Below are positions 20,111 to 31,736 of a DNA stretch of 64,000 bases, one piece after another. The position numbers and the translations under genes are program-made. The notes under the pieces are model-generated. The model searched no databases and was not told the DNA's origin. It saw only the letters and a program-made list of their open reading frames with translations. Source of the DNA: an uncultured Chloroflexia bacterium (GTDB lineage Bacteria; Chloroflexota; UBA6077; JACCZL01); assembly GCA_963765765.1 (NCBI GenBank), contig CAVXYC010000007.1:1-64000 (forward strand), read 5' to 3'. Within the stretch, counting starts at the first letter, position 1, and every line of letters starts with the position of its first letter.

Positions 20111-21662
20111 TCATGAATAACTGTACTCTCCGAGCCACTGGCGGACCTCGTTCAAGCGTGGCTGCTCCAGCCAGATGTAGCGAATTTGATATCGGGCGAC
20201 GAGCATCTCCAAGGCTTCGCGCGGATAGCCGGTTGAGTTGATTACCAGCGGCTGGCGGGCCAGTGAGTAAAACAAATGATCGCCAAGAACCGTGCCAGGT
20301 CCGTTCGAGCGGATCACCTCCGCGGCGCGGGCGATCCGACGGGCATCCTCTGCCCAGACAGTTTCGCCCTGCTGGCCAAAATTGTCAGTCACCACGCCGC
20401 CGTCGTAGTAGTACGTATGTGAGGGGATAACGGCCCAGGTCCACGCGCCGACAAAGATGAGCGCGGCAGTTGAGAGTGAGCCAAGCAAGGCGCGCATCCA
20501 CACTGGCTGCACTTTTGTGAGTAGCCAGGCTCCCAGAACCAGCACCAGCGGGAATATGGGCACAAGGTAGCGAAATTTCGTGGTTGGCCAGAACAGTGCG
20601 AGCGCCGCATGACACAACAGCACTGCCACGACCGGAGCCAGTCGACGCGCACCTTCCTCACCCGCGAACGGACCCCGACCAAGATAAGCAAGCCCCAGGA
20701 TCAATAGTGCCCCTACGGTAAAGCCATTGAGTATTGGGGCCAGCGCTAGCATCTGTCGTGCCAGAAAGCCGAGGTTGCCGTAGAGATTCGCTGCCGTGGT
20801 GCGTAAGCGAGCTGTTGGCGTGGCTGCCTCCAGACGGTTGACCTTGATCACGTCGCCGTCTACCACCCGCACGTCCACGCGGGTGTCGCCCCCGCCAAGC
20901 TGGCGCTGGAGCGGCTGGCTCCAGAGCGGGTTACCGTGAAGTGATGAATTGAAGGCGAACCAGGGCAGAGCCACGAGCAGTGCGGCTGCCGCGGCGATTG
21001 CAATGCCACGAATCACTGTTGCTGAAATCGCCTTGTGACCAAATTGAAGGAGAGCGGTGAGCACGAGCGCCGGAGCAAGGACGCCTGCGGGATAGTTCAC
21101 CAGGAACGCCAGACCAATAATGATGCCCAGCACCACGGCGTTGCGCGGCTGTGTGATGGGCGCCGCCGCCGCTCGCCAGACAAACAGGAGATAGAACGCC
21201 GTGATCAGGATCCAGAGCGATCCATTGCCGGAAAAGTCAATCAGCAGATACGCCGTGGCAACAAGGCCCGCCACCCACAGAGCGGCGCCCTGCCCCAGCG
21301 AGGGGCGAAACGCCAGATAGCTCAGCGGAATCACCAGCACGCCCAGCATCACGCTCCAGATCCTGAGCGCCGTGTAGCCATCACCCGCCAGCCCGGTGAG
21401 GCTTGCTCCCATCAGCGGCCAGAGCGGTGGATGCTGATCGGGTGGATAGCCAAAGCCGAACCGGCTCGATAGGGTAATAACGCACGTCAACAATCGGCAC
21501 CAGCATGCGGCCTGTCCATGCCAGAGACTCCGCGATAGCCGCGTCCAACACCACGTCACCATGCGGCCAGATGTTGAACCGGAACGACGCGATCCGAGCG
21601 AGCGCGCCGATGACCGTGAGGACAATCAGAGTTGTCCACGGGCGCTTTTGTAGCGGAGTCAT
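20111..21662 (-). CDS. ArnT/PMT-type GT-C glycosyltransferase, frameshift near 21470
   Basis: WPHGD, HPPLWP and RYLVP; multi-TM. Confidence 0.75.
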
Positions 21663-21687
21663 TAAGCGATGCCGAGCAGTTCAGCCA

Positions 21688-22536
21688 CTACCGCATGTCC
21701 GGAAAGAGAGGCGGCTGCAAAGGCTCCTCGCCGGGGATGGCGCCGGGCATCGCGAGGCCCAGGCGCTCTCCCAATGCCCGAACTGAGGCCGGGGCGTGCC
21801 CGGCCCACGTGTCGCTGACGTAACCGTATACGCGCTCTGCGCGAAAACTAAGATCGCGTAGCGTCGCGGACCAACGGTCGACATTATCTGCGCGATCGAC
21901 CTCGGCAATGTCGGAGAGCTGATTTAGATTGCGATCACCGAGCCAGCGGACGTACGCGAAGTCAGTGGTTACTTCAGGGACCGTGGGCATTCCTACCATG
22001 TCCACAATGGTCCACGCGACACCATGCTGGCTGAGGAGATCGAATACATCCGGGTGAATCCAGGAGCGGTGACGTACTTCAATGGCCCAGCGATACCGAT
22101 TAGAAAGCTGCGGTAAGAATGCTTCCAGTGTCGGACGCTCATCGCTGTGGAAATCAGGCGGAAGCTGCACCAGCAGTACACCCAATCGATCACCCAGCGG
22201 TTCCATCGCGTAGAGAAACGACTCGAGATCAGACTCAATGCCGCGTAACCGCTTCATATGTGTGATGACCCTGGGAAGTTTGGCAGAGAAAAGAAAGTCA
22301 TCCGAGACAGCGGCTCGCCAAGATGCCACGATATCGCGCCGAGGGATTGCGTGAAAGGTGGTGTCCAGCTCAACGGTGTTGAACGCTCGAGCGTACTGAC
22401 GAAGCAGATCAGTCTGCCGGGTACCGGGCGGGTAGAACGGACCCACCCATTCTGAGTAGCTCCAGCCCTGCGTGCCGAGTCGAATTTCGCCAGGCTCCAG
22501 CGCCGCGGCGCCAGCCCAGCCCGACTGTAAGGTCAC
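21688..22536 (-). CDS. DUF72 family protein
   Basis: LGTQGWSY..W.GPFYP, VELDTTF, AKLPRVITH and AIEVRH. Confidence 0.9.
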   Translation of the reverse strand: MTLQSGWAGAAALEPGEIRLGTQGWSYSEWVGPFYPPGTRQTDLLRQYARAFNTVELDTTFHAIPRRDIVASWRAAVSDDFLFSAKLPRVITHMKRLRGIESDLESFLYAMEPLGDRLGVLLVQLPPDFHSDERPTLEAFLPQLSNRYRWAIEVRHRSWIHPDVFDLLSQHGVAWTIVDMVGMPTVPEVTTDFAYVRWLGDRNLNQLSDIAEVDRADNVDRWSATLRDLSFRAERVYGYVSDTWAGHAPASVRALGERLGLAMPGAIPGEEPLQPPLFPDMR

Positions 22537-22571
22537 GCTGGGGAGTCTAGCAGATAGGGGTTTGGGACCAT

Positions 22572-22658
22572 ACGAAAGGTCAGAGGCTAGAGGTCAAGGA
22601 CAGACTCCGATCTCCACGACTCCCCTTGACTTCTAGCCTTTGACCTCTGACCTCTCGT
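22572..22658. repeat. Intergenic hairpin built of heptamer repeats (REP-like)
   Basis: AGGTCAGAGGCTAGAGGTCAAGG ... CCTTGACTTCTAGCCTTTGACCT. Confidence 0.6.
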
Positions 22659-22913
22659 GTCTGTTAGAACAGTCTAACGGACCCTCTTCGCCCTACGGTT
22701 GACTCAGTCTTGGCGTCCTGGTCAGATCGCGTCCGCGCTAATCGGGAGCAGGTGAACCGGTATCGTGAGATGCCGGATGGGACGGATTTTACGCGCCGAT
22801 GGCGGCGCGTTTTCCAGACGATTCACGGCGTACCGGCGATGCTGGTCTGGATTTCCTGAGATCGCTCGACCAACCCGAGAGACCTGGCGGCCGAGCTAGG
22901 AGGAGGTCTTTCA

Positions 22914-23531
22914 ATGGATATCTTCGATGTCATAAATACGAATCGAGCGGTGCGACGATTCAAGTCGGACCCGGTTCCGCAAGACGTGTTGGACCAAGTA
23001 ATGGACGCAGCCGTGCGTGCCCCAAGCGGCGGAAACTCGCAGCGCTGGCATTTCGTCATCGTGCGTGATCCGGAGGCTCGGGCAAAGGTGGGCGGCTGGT
23101 ACCGCCAGGCGTACATGGAGCACTACGATCCAATCGCCGCGGCCGCCGCGGCAGAGAGTCCGGCGCGAGCACGCATTTACCAATCGTCACGCTATCTTGC
23201 CGAGCACATGGGCGATGAGCCTCCTGTGCTTATCCTGGTGTGCAGTGACAAACCGCCCGGTGGTCTAGACGCCGGTCGGATGGCGGGAGCCTCGGTCTAT
23301 CCCGCGATTCAGAACCTGATGCTGGCGGCGCGGGCACTTGGGCTGGGCACGTGTCTGACCACGATCCACCAGCACAACGAGGCAAGCATCAAAGAATATC
23401 TTGATATACCGACTTCGGTTGACACATACGCACTCATTCCGTTGGGCTACCCACAGGTCAGTTTCGGTCCGCTCACACGCAAGCCTGCCAGTGAGGTCAC
23501 GTCCTACGACAGGTGGGGACAGGCTCTGTAG
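22914..23531 (+). CDS. Nitroreductase family protein
   Basis: RAVRRFK, RAPSGGNSQRW and QNLMLAARALGLG. Confidence 0.9.
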   Translation: MDIFDVINTNRAVRRFKSDPVPQDVLDQVMDAAVRAPSGGNSQRWHFVIVRDPEARAKVGGWYRQAYMEHYDPIAAAAAAESPARARIYQSSRYLAEHMGDEPPVLILVCSDKPPGGLDAGRMAGASVYPAIQNLMLAARALGLGTCLTTIHQHNEASIKEYLDIPTSVDTYALIPLGYPQVSFGPLTRKPASEVTSYDRWGQAL

Positions 23532-23572
23532 GCAGCTCCGAACCGTCGCGCTCCAAGGCAAGTAGTGAGCGC

Positions 23573-25186
23573 TCAGGCTCCGTTCAGCAGGTCGTTGAAC
23601 CGAGCGCGCAGCACTTTCTTGTCGAACTTCCCAACGCTGGTCTTAGGAACTTCATCGATGAAGGTGACGCGATCGGGCAGCCACCACTTCACGACCCGGT
23701 CACTCAAGAAGGCCTTAAGGTCGTCTTCTGAGACGCTCGGTGCACCGGCGCGCTGCACCACGCAGGCCACCGGCCGCTCTTGCCAGCGGGCGTGCGGAAC
23801 GGCGATGACGGCTGCCTCCTGAACGGACGGGTGAGCCATGAGGTGGTTCTCTATGTCCACGGATGAGATCCACTCTCCCCCGCTCTTGACCATGTCCTTG
23901 GTGCGATCGGCAAGCTGCAAATAGCCTTCGGCGTCCACCGTTCCCACGTCACCAGAGAAATACCAGCCGTCACGGAATGTCTCGGCGGTGCGTTCGTCGC
24001 GATAATACTCCGTGGTCACCCAGGGACCACGCAACGCAAGCTCGCCCAGCGTCTCACCGTCCCAGGGCACGTCCGCACCATCCTCGGCAACCATCCGCAT
24101 CTCGAGCCCGGGCACCAGGATACCTTGCTTCACGCGCAGTTTATAGCGGGATTCTTCGTCCAGCTCGTCGGCGGAGGATCGCAGCCGACCAACGTGGGTA
24201 AGCGGCGCCGCCTCGGTCATTCCATACGCGTGCATGACCGGTATGCCCATCGCGTCATACGCCTCCATGAGCGCTCGCGGCAGCGCCGCGCCACCAATCT
24301 CGAGCGCTCGGATCGAGCTGAAATCTCTGGGACGCACTCGAATCTCGTCCAGTACACCCATCCATACCGTAGGCACGCCGGCGGCTAAGTGTCACGCGTT
24401 CTGACTGAATCAGATCGGCGAGCGACGACAGCATCCGGCCGCGGCCCTACCAGCACGAGCGACGCGCCGCTGAACGCCGCGGCCCAGGGGAGGCCCCAGG
24501 CGTTCACATGGAACATCGGCACCACGGGCATCATCGTGTCCCGCTCAGAGACGGCCACCGAATCGGCCAGGCACTTCGCCATCGTGTGAAGGAAGGAGCA
24601 TTCGGTGACTGTATTGGACCCCCTTGGGATTGCCCGTGGTCGCGGACGTATAGCACATCGATGCCGGGCTGTTTTCATCGAGATCGAGAGGAAACGGGTA
24701 GTCAGTAGACTCCGCTTCGACGAGGTCCTCGTAGCACAATGCAGCTGGGAGCGAGGTGGAGGGCATCGTATCCCGATCGCACATGATCACGTACGCTCGA
24801 ACTGACCTCAGATGTCCGTGCAGGGCTTCGAGAATCGGCACGAGGTCCGGATCAAGAAATATGACGCGATCCTCGGCGTGGTTAATGATGAAGGAGATCT
24901 GATCCGGGAAGAGTCGGATGTTTACGGTGTGGAGCACTGCGCCCATGCATGGCACCGCGAAATACAACTCCAGGTGGCGATAGTGATTCCAACCGAATGT
25001 GGCGACGCGGTCACCGGTTTCAACGCCAAGGCGTTTGAGAGCGTACGCGAGCGCGCCGGCACGTTCGGCCATCTGGGCGTAGGTATAGCGGTGTATTCCC
25101 GAGTCGGTTCGGGTGATGATGGACTTATTGGGCGAGAATTGGCGGGCTCGGTCCAGCACGCCGCGCAACAGAAGCGGATAGGTCAC
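23573..25186 (-). CDS. Long/medium-chain fatty acid-CoA ligase, frameshifted
   Basis: CYTSATTGNPKG, AYGMTE and DRTKDMVKSGGEWISS. Confidence 0.9.
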
Positions 25187-26037
25187 CGTTCACCTCCACC
25201 ACGAGCGCATGGTAGGCCCTGAGTGGGAGGCGCGCAAATGATGTGGTGATCGGGCGAGTGCCTTAGAGCGTGGTGAAGTAAAGCGCTCCGGGCAACGGCC
25301 CGTTCATGAGACGTAGTCGGTCCGGGCATGCCTGGAGCTGGCTCCAACCGCAGACTTCGGCTCCGATACCAGTCGCGCGTCGCCCGTAGGTCCTGCACTC
25401 GAAGCGTCACGGCTCGTGGACCCTCCATTGAATCTTCGATGAGCAGGCGCTGAAAGCCACTCACCGATTCCACGCCCATGGATTGGTACCAGGCATCCGC
25501 AGTCCGAAGATCATTGACCCCGATCTCAATACCGGACACTCCTACAGACCCATTTGGATGTTTACCCGCTCGCTCCATCTTCATGCGCTCCGAGTCAGGC
25601 TGGTCCCACTGGATGAAGAACGGCCACATCTGGAAATACTGATCTCCGCCGGGAACTAAGAGCCGCCAGCTCAGTCGCGAACCGTCCGGTCTTCGACGGT
25701 TCATCGCGAACGGCCCTGTAGATTCAATACCCACTTGAAGCGCCAGGCTTGCCAGCGAATCCAGGTCGTCCGTCGCAACGGCGTAAGCACACAGCCCGAT
25801 CTGATGCTTCGCAAGGAACCGAACCAGCGCACCGCGGCTACTTTGTAGCGCAAGCCGCTCATCCTCCACCGAGATGAGCTCCAAATAGTCAAGCCCAAAT
25901 CGAGCAATGGCATTGCGAGTCCCAAAGGCCTCATGACGCCCGCCCATCTGAGCATCAAAACCGAGCACGTCCCGGAACTCTGCAACCGCGCGCTCCAGGT
26001 CTCGGACCGCTATGACCAGGTGGTCAAAGCGAAGCAT
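25183..26037 (-). CDS. VOC/glyoxalase-like family protein
   Basis: FDHLVIAV, GGRH..GTRN, YLELI and PFFIQW. Confidence 0.85.
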   Translation of the reverse strand: MLRFDHLVIAVRDLERAVAEFRDVLGFDAQMGGRHEAFGTRNAIARFGLDYLELISVEDERLALQSSRGALVRFLAKHQIGLCAYAVATDDLDSLASLALQVGIESTGPFAMNRRRPDGSRLSWRLLVPGGDQYFQMWPFFIQWDQPDSERMKMERAGKHPNGSVGVSGIEIGVNDLRTADAWYQSMGVESVSGFQRLLIEDSMEGPRAVTLRVQDLRATRDWYRSRSLRLEPAPGMPGPTTSHERAVARSALLHHALRHSPDHHIICAPPTQGLPCARGGGER

Positions 26038-26106
26038 AGTGGCTAGTAAGGGACAAATCGGACCCAGGGGACGACCGCTGATCTACTAAGTGTTCGCCTT
26101 GAAGCC

Positions 26107-26986
26107 TCACCCGGGCCGCGCGTCCGCTGGCAGTAGGGAGTCCGCGGATTCCTCGCGAGGAGACCAGCGGCCCTGCTCCACAGCCATCAGAAAGTCCTGA
26201 ACGGTACGGTTGAACAACGCGGGCTCTTCCAGATTAAGTGTGTGGCCGGATTTCGGAAACATCACCAACCCCGCGTTGGGCATGAGGCGCTTCATAACGA
26301 AGCTCGGCTCGATGCACAGTGAGTCCTCATCCCCAACGATGATCAGGGATGGTAAGTCGATGCTCCCTAAGCTGATCCTGAATCTGGAGGATCGAGGTGC
26401 GCCGAGCCTGGACACCACGCTGGGTCATCGCAGAGCCATGCGCTGAATGCTCGCCCAGCATCTGCACGAATTCGTCAAAGGCGCGTCGATCTTTCTGCAT
26501 GAATCGCAGTCGACCTGGCCCACGCGAGTACATCCGAGAGAAACGCTCCATGCCCTCGCGCTCGATCGTAGACGCCACGACCTCACACTCGGCCGGGAAC
26601 TTATCTGGAATCGTGGCGCCAGATCCCGCGCCGGCGATCACCAGGGAACGGCAAACCTCCGGGTGTCGCAGCCCCAATTTGAGCGCTGCCGACCCGCCCA
26701 TCGAAAGTCCGACCACGTGCGCCGACCCCTCACCAACGCTGGTGACGATGCCGAAGAGGTCTTCTACCGCCAACTCCTCCGAATAGTCGTTGACGCTCTC
26801 CGGAACGCTCGATGGCGGATACCCCCGATGGCAATAAGTGATGCAACGATAGAAGCGTGAGAAGAACCGCATCTGCGGCTCCCAGCTCCGATAATCGCCC
26901 GCGAACTCGTGACTGAAGACCAGCGGCGTGCCCTGGCCGGCCTCTTCGTAATACAGCTCCACACCATTAACGGATACGGTTGGCAT
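26107..26986 (-). CDS. Alpha/beta hydrolase, frameshift near 26390
   Basis: SHEFAGD, GLSMGG, GDED and SGHTLNLEEP. Confidence 0.85.
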
Positions 26987-27168
26987 GAGACCTCCATGGC
27001 TGCGAGACAACACACTTCCAGGCTGCGCAAGCCCTAGCAGAGCGAGGCCGATTGTAGCAAGCCCAATCCGCTCTGTTCAGTGCGCACATCCGGCACGCCT
27101 ACTCTGACGTATGGATCATGCCAATATGGCGCGCGGCTACAATTCGGTTTCGCGTCTCGAGGTTGCTC

Positions 27169-28002
27169 ATGTCTGATTTCCCAACGATCTCCCGTGGCCC
27201 ACGCCGAGGCTTCCCCCTGGGAACGCTTGTCTTGGGCCTCGTGTTGGGAGCGCTTCTGGCTGGAGGCCTCGTCGCCTGGGTGGCCGCGAGCTCGCTCCAA
27301 CGACGCGTTGACCTGCCCATGGAACAAATCTTTGCGGGGTTCGCGAAAGATCTTGCCATTCCGTCTTCAGCATCCGGTCCGACGCCACCGGGACCGTTGG
27401 ATGATCGCCGTCTACTAGGCCGCGGTCGAGAAGCCTTCAACGGCTCGTGCGCCGTCTGCCATGGGGCAGATGGAAGCGGCCAGGGTAGATTTGGCGCGGC
27501 AATGTACCCACCCGCCAGCGATCTGCGCACGGCCAACGTTCAGAAGCGCTCAGACGGACAGCTCTACTGGGTGGTCAAGAACGGACTGTCATTTGTAGGA
27601 ATGCCGGCATTCGGTGAGCAGTACAACGACGAGGCGATCTGGGCCATAGTCGGCTACGTGCGGGCGTTGGGGCGGGGCGACGCTCCAACGGGAAGCGTCA
27701 CGCCACTGCCCACCGATGAAAATCTCGCTTTAGCGCATCCGTTTGCGCCGGAAGCCGAGCGGCGCGGCGCCGCGATCTTCTTTGAACAAGGATGCCACAT
27801 GTGCCACGGTCCACGCGGTGACGCGGTGGGAAACATGGCACTACGTCCTACCAAACGCGCACTAGCGAACCTGGATAGCTTCGAGAAAAATCTCCGAGAG
27901 CCGCCGCTCGGGATGCCGACGTTTTCGGCTGATCGTGTGGACCAGCGCGAAGCATCGGATCTGTTCTCCTACATCAGGACGCTGTATCCGCGACCGGCGT
28001 AG
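27169..28002 (+). CDS. Membrane-anchored di-haem cytochrome c
   Basis: TM anchor, CAVCH and CHMCH, GMPAF. Confidence 0.85.
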   Translation: MSDFPTISRGPRRGFPLGTLVLGLVLGALLAGGLVAWVAASSLQRRVDLPMEQIFAGFAKDLAIPSSASGPTPPGPLDDRRLLGRGREAFNGSCAVCHGADGSGQGRFGAAMYPPASDLRTANVQKRSDGQLYWVVKNGLSFVGMPAFGEQYNDEAIWAIVGYVRALGRGDAPTGSVTPLPTDENLALAHPFAPEAERRGAAIFFEQGCHMCHGPRGDAVGNMALRPTKRALANLDSFEKNLREPPLGMPTFSADRVDQREASDLFSYIRTLYPRPA

Positions 28003-28079
28003 AAGTGACGGGTGGCGCATCTGGCAAAGTGCAGTTTCCCACCATATCCCTACGGCTCGAGTTCTCTTCCCGATCAACA

Positions 28080-28222
28080 GAGCCGCGCACGTGACTAAGC
28101 GGTTCCTCTCGCAATATCGGCCTGCACAGTTGTCCGCGAGAGGAACCGCTTAGTCACGTGCGCGGCTCGAAAGCTGGTTGTAGATTTCCTGAGGGGACCG
28201 CACACCTATGAGATGCGGCTCT
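28080..28222. repeat. Long hairpin repeat, copy 1
   Basis: 33-bp perfect IR (28080-28112 / 28136-28168) plus a small second hairpin; homologous to 51560-51722. Confidence 0.8.
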
Positions 28223-28234
28223 GTTTGGCGGAGG

Positions 28235-29533
28235 TCACTCGCGGATGCGGGCAGCGCCGACGAATCGGCTGGCCCAGTAATCCTCATCGAGGCGAGAGAC
28301 AACGACGCCTGTGCGCTCGTTGTTCGCGTGAACGAACTTGCCGTCGCCGATGACGATGCCCGCATGACTGAGACCAGGCATGTACGTATTGGCGAAGAAC
28401 ACCTCATCGCCAACCTGGAGCTGGCTCTTGGCCACTCGCGGGCCGGCGTTGAACTGCTGCCATAGCGTGCGGCCAACAGCGACGCCGGAGCTCTTGTGGA
28501 CGAAATAGGCGAAGCCCGAGCAATCGAACCCTGAGGGTGAGGTACCGCCAAAGACATACTTAGAGCCGATGTACTTCAGCGCTGTCGAGGCGATCAGCTG
28601 GCCTTTATCACTGCCAGGGGCCACAAGCTCACTCGAGATAATCGATGCCGCTGAGACCTGAGTCTTCGACATGGAAGGCGCCATGTTGGCTGCCGTCTCT
28701 GGCGGTTGCCCGGGTTTCGCGTTTGTCTGAGGGATCACGATCCGCGCACCCGCCTTAGCGACGTCGGGTGAGTCGAGCTGGTTGTAATCCATGAGGGCGC
28801 CGAGATCGATCTGATACCGAGCCGCGAGGTCCGATATCGATTCCCCCGACTTCAGCACAACCGATTCGACGCCTTTTGCGGGAAGAATTCGAAGTCGTGA
28901 TCCCGCCACCACAGCCTTCGGATCATTGATGTCGTTATCCATCATGATGACCGTTGGCTCGACACCAAATCGCGTGCTGACCGTCCAGAGCGTGTCACCG
29001 GGCTGAACCTTGTAGGTTCGCGGGTCTGCCTTTGCGTCGGAAGCGCTGTCTGACGTGGAATCTGAGCGCGCGCTTGCGGGGATAAAGAGAACGCGGCCGT
29101 TATCGAGTTTGTCCGAGTCGAGCTTGTTGGCATCTTTGATCGACTCAGACTTCACGCTGTACCGATCAGCTAACTTTTGGAGATTCTCTCCGGCCTTCGC
29201 GACGTGAACAACACCGTCACCCGGAAGAATAATCAGGACCTGACCAACCTCGAGGCGATCGGCGGTAATCCCGGGGTTCGCGGCCTTCAGCGTATCAAGA
29301 CTGAGGTTGTACGTCTTGGCGATCGAGGCGAGAGAATCACCATCCGCAACAGTGTGCGAAAGGGATTCAATGGGACTATCGGCTGAAGAGACATCCGTCG
29401 ATTGCAGAGCCGGCGTGGCAAGGGCCACAGACGGAAGGAGACAGACCGCGCTCAGAACGCTGACTGTCGCGAATCGGACGATGACTCGCTGGAGACTCGA
29501 CGCCTCCAGGCGGTTGCAAGGCCTATCGGACAC
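28235..29533 (-). CDS. LysM-repeat NlpC/P60 peptidoglycan endopeptidase
   Basis: Multiple LysM repeats, GFDCSG and SHAGI...FVHAN. Confidence 0.9.
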   Translation of the reverse strand: MSDRPCNRLEASSLQRVIVRFATVSVLSAVCLLPSVALATPALQSTDVSSADSPIESLSHTVADGDSLASIAKTYNLSLDTLKAANPGITADRLEVGQVLIILPGDGVVHVAKAGENLQKLADRYSVKSESIKDANKLDSDKLDNGRVLFIPASARSDSTSDSASDAKADPRTYKVQPGDTLWTVSTRFGVEPTVIMMDNDINDPKAVVAGSRLRILPAKGVESVVLKSGESISDLAARYQIDLGALMDYNQLDSPDVAKAGARIVIPQTNAKPGQPPETAANMAPSMSKTQVSAASIISSELVAPGSDKGQLIASTALKYIGSKYVFGGTSPSGFDCSGFAYFVHKSSGVAVGRTLWQQFNAGPRVAKSQLQVGDEVFFANTYMPGLSHAGIVIGDGKFVHANNERTGVVVSRLDEDYWASRFVGAARIRE

Positions 29534-30007
29534 GGGCGGCAGTGTAATTGAACCGCGGAAGTCATGTCCAGAGGCGCTTCGACTAACGACCTAACAGGCC
29601 ATCACAGCCTCGTACCAACGTCCTCGTTGCAGATCGAGGCCTACTCAGTGGATAGCCATTTACATCCGATAGGGGATACCCTGGCATGCCACTCATTCGG
29701 ATGGGGGCCGTTTCATGAGTCACCTCTTCACGAAGCTCGTCATCCTGGCTCTCATCACGTTGACGGCGTTTGCTCCTCGCGGAGCTGCCTCAGCGCAGGA
29801 ATCCTTCGTTCTCACCGTAGCCGGGCTGACGGCGCACTCTGGCCGCTGCCGCAAGGCCAGGCGCCAAGCAGGTGCCAATTCTGGATCAGCAGGGACATTG
29901 TCTGATGCACATGAGCGGTCAGGACGCTGCTTGCGCGACTGAAGCGATTTAACTACGCTCCTGTCCACGGTACCTTGTAAGCATCACATCAGCGCGGAGT
30001 CGACACC

Positions 30008-30901
30008 ATGTCCATCACTACTGTTGCGATCCTAAGCCCCGGTGACATGGGGCACAGCGTGGGAGCGGTCCTTAAGGAAAACGGAATAAGAATCGTGACC
30101 TGCCTTAAAGGCCGTAGCGAGCGGACAGCCGAGCTCGCGGCTAAAGCAGGTTTTGAGGATCTTTCAAGCCTTGAGGACGTGGTGACCGAATCGGACCTGA
30201 TCATGAGCATCCTGGTGCCTGGCGCCGCGCGCGCGATCGCCAGCCAGGTCGCTGACGCATTGCGCGCTACCAGTGCGGATGTCCTCTTTGCCGATTGCAA
30301 CGCCGTAGCGCCGAGCACGGCGCGTGATGTGGCCAAGATCATCGAATCGGCTGGGGGGCGGATGGTGGACGCCGGCATCATCGGCCCGCCGCCTACGCGC
30401 CCAGGCAATCGCTTCTACGCTTCCGGTCCGGGTGCTGAGGAGTTTGCCACGCTCAACCAGCACGGGCTGGATATACGACCTTTGCCGGGCGAGGTGGGCC
30501 AGGCATCTGGTTTGAAGGTTTGCTACGCCGCGATGACGAAGGGCATCCAGGCGCTTGGCCTCGAGCTGTTAGTAGCCGCGGACGCTATGGGCCTGCACGA
30601 CGAGCTAGCGGCGGAGCAGGCGGAGAGCATGTCCGCGGTGCGCGGCTGGATCGAGCGCAGCATCCCGACGATGCCTCCCAAAGCGCATCGCTGGGTGAGC
30701 GAGATGGAAGAAATTGGTCAGGCCTTTGCGGACCTCGGAATGACACCAAAGCTCTTCCAGGGCGTGGCAGATATGTATCGGCTGGTTGCGGAGACGCCCA
30801 TTGGTCGAGAGACGCCCGAGAACCGCGACACCTCGCGTGACGCCAACGGCGTCTTCGCTGCCATGGCGGAGTCGCTCAAAGTCCCCACCAGCGGTCACTG
30901 A
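30008..30901 (+). CDS. NAD(P)-dependent oxidoreductase (6PGDH-like, DUF1932)
   Basis: ILSPGDMG, DAGIIGPPP, ASGLKVCYA and RWVSEMEEI. Confidence 0.85.
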   Translation: MSITTVAILSPGDMGHSVGAVLKENGIRIVTCLKGRSERTAELAAKAGFEDLSSLEDVVTESDLIMSILVPGAARAIASQVADALRATSADVLFADCNAVAPSTARDVAKIIESAGGRMVDAGIIGPPPTRPGNRFYASGPGAEEFATLNQHGLDIRPLPGEVGQASGLKVCYAAMTKGIQALGLELLVAADAMGLHDELAAEQAESMSAVRGWIERSIPTMPPKAHRWVSEMEEIGQAFADLGMTPKLFQGVADMYRLVAETPIGRETPENRDTSRDANGVFAAMAESLKVPTSGH

Positions 30902-31092
30902 TCAGAGTGTGGCTCTCAAAGCAGGCGAGTGTGGCGGCGTGAGAGCCGGTTCGTCGACGTAGAACAGCCCCGCTCCCATCACCGGAGATCGCAAGCATTT
31001 CGAAGTCTTGGGTATCATCTGGCCACCGGATAACGAACACACCTGGGCCCGTGACATCACCTCAGCGATGCTCGCGGGAGAGTAGGTTCTCC

Positions 31093-31734
31093 ATGTCGCC
31101 AAGCCTGAATTTCATTCCGCGCAACGAACGCTTTTTTGACATGTTCAATCGCAGCGCGGCCAATAATCTGGAGGCGGCTACACGCCTGGTAGAGCTCCTG
31201 GACTCTTGCGATGACATCGATCGCAAGGCTCGGCGGTTGAAAGACATAGAGCACGCCGGTGACGAGATCACTCACGAAGTTTTTGCCGCGCTGGCCCGTA
31301 CCTTCGTGACTCCGCTGGATCGCGAAGATATCAGCAACCTTGCCGCGTCGCTTGACGACGTTGTGGATTTCATCGAGGAAACGGCCCGACGCATGCGTCT
31401 CTACCACATCACTGAGGCGACCCCGTTGGCAAAGCAGTTCGGTCTGGTCATCCAGGAACAATGCGAACAGATCGCGATGGCCGTGCCATACCTGGAGGCG
31501 CGGAAGTTCGGCGCTGACCTGGACAAAGTTGCTAACGAAGTGCACCGACTCGAGAACGAGGCTGACGATCTCCTCGCGGACGCCGTTGCCGCGCTCTATG
31601 ACGGCGTGACCGAGGTACCCCAGCTCATCGAAGCCATACGCTGGGGAGACATCTATCAACTTCTGGAGGACGCAACCGACCGCGCCGAGCATGTAGCGGT
31701 CGTGCTGCAAAACATCAGTTTGAAAAACGCATAG
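31093..31734 (+). CDS. DUF47 phosphate transport regulator (PhoU-like)
   Basis: IEHAGDEITH, TFVTPLDREDI and LENEAD; upstream of pit. Confidence 0.9.
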   Translation: MSPSLNFIPRNERFFDMFNRSAANNLEAATRLVELLDSCDDIDRKARRLKDIEHAGDEITHEVFAALARTFVTPLDREDISNLAASLDDVVDFIEETARRMRLYHITEATPLAKQFGLVIQEQCEQIAMAVPYLEARKFGADLDKVANEVHRLENEADDLLADAVAALYDGVTEVPQLIEAIRWGDIYQLLEDATDRAEHVAVVLQNISLKNA

Positions 31735-31736
31735 TC

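Noticed and set aside
22670-22810. Possible riboswitch or ncRNA upstream of the nitroreductase
   Set aside because: Small hairpins are present, but I could not match a known aptamer consensus (cobalamin, ZTP, FMN, TPP). An Rfam scan is needed.
29715-29942. Short signal-peptide-bearing ORF
   Set aside because: The leader looks real but no recognisable mature domain follows; too weak to call.
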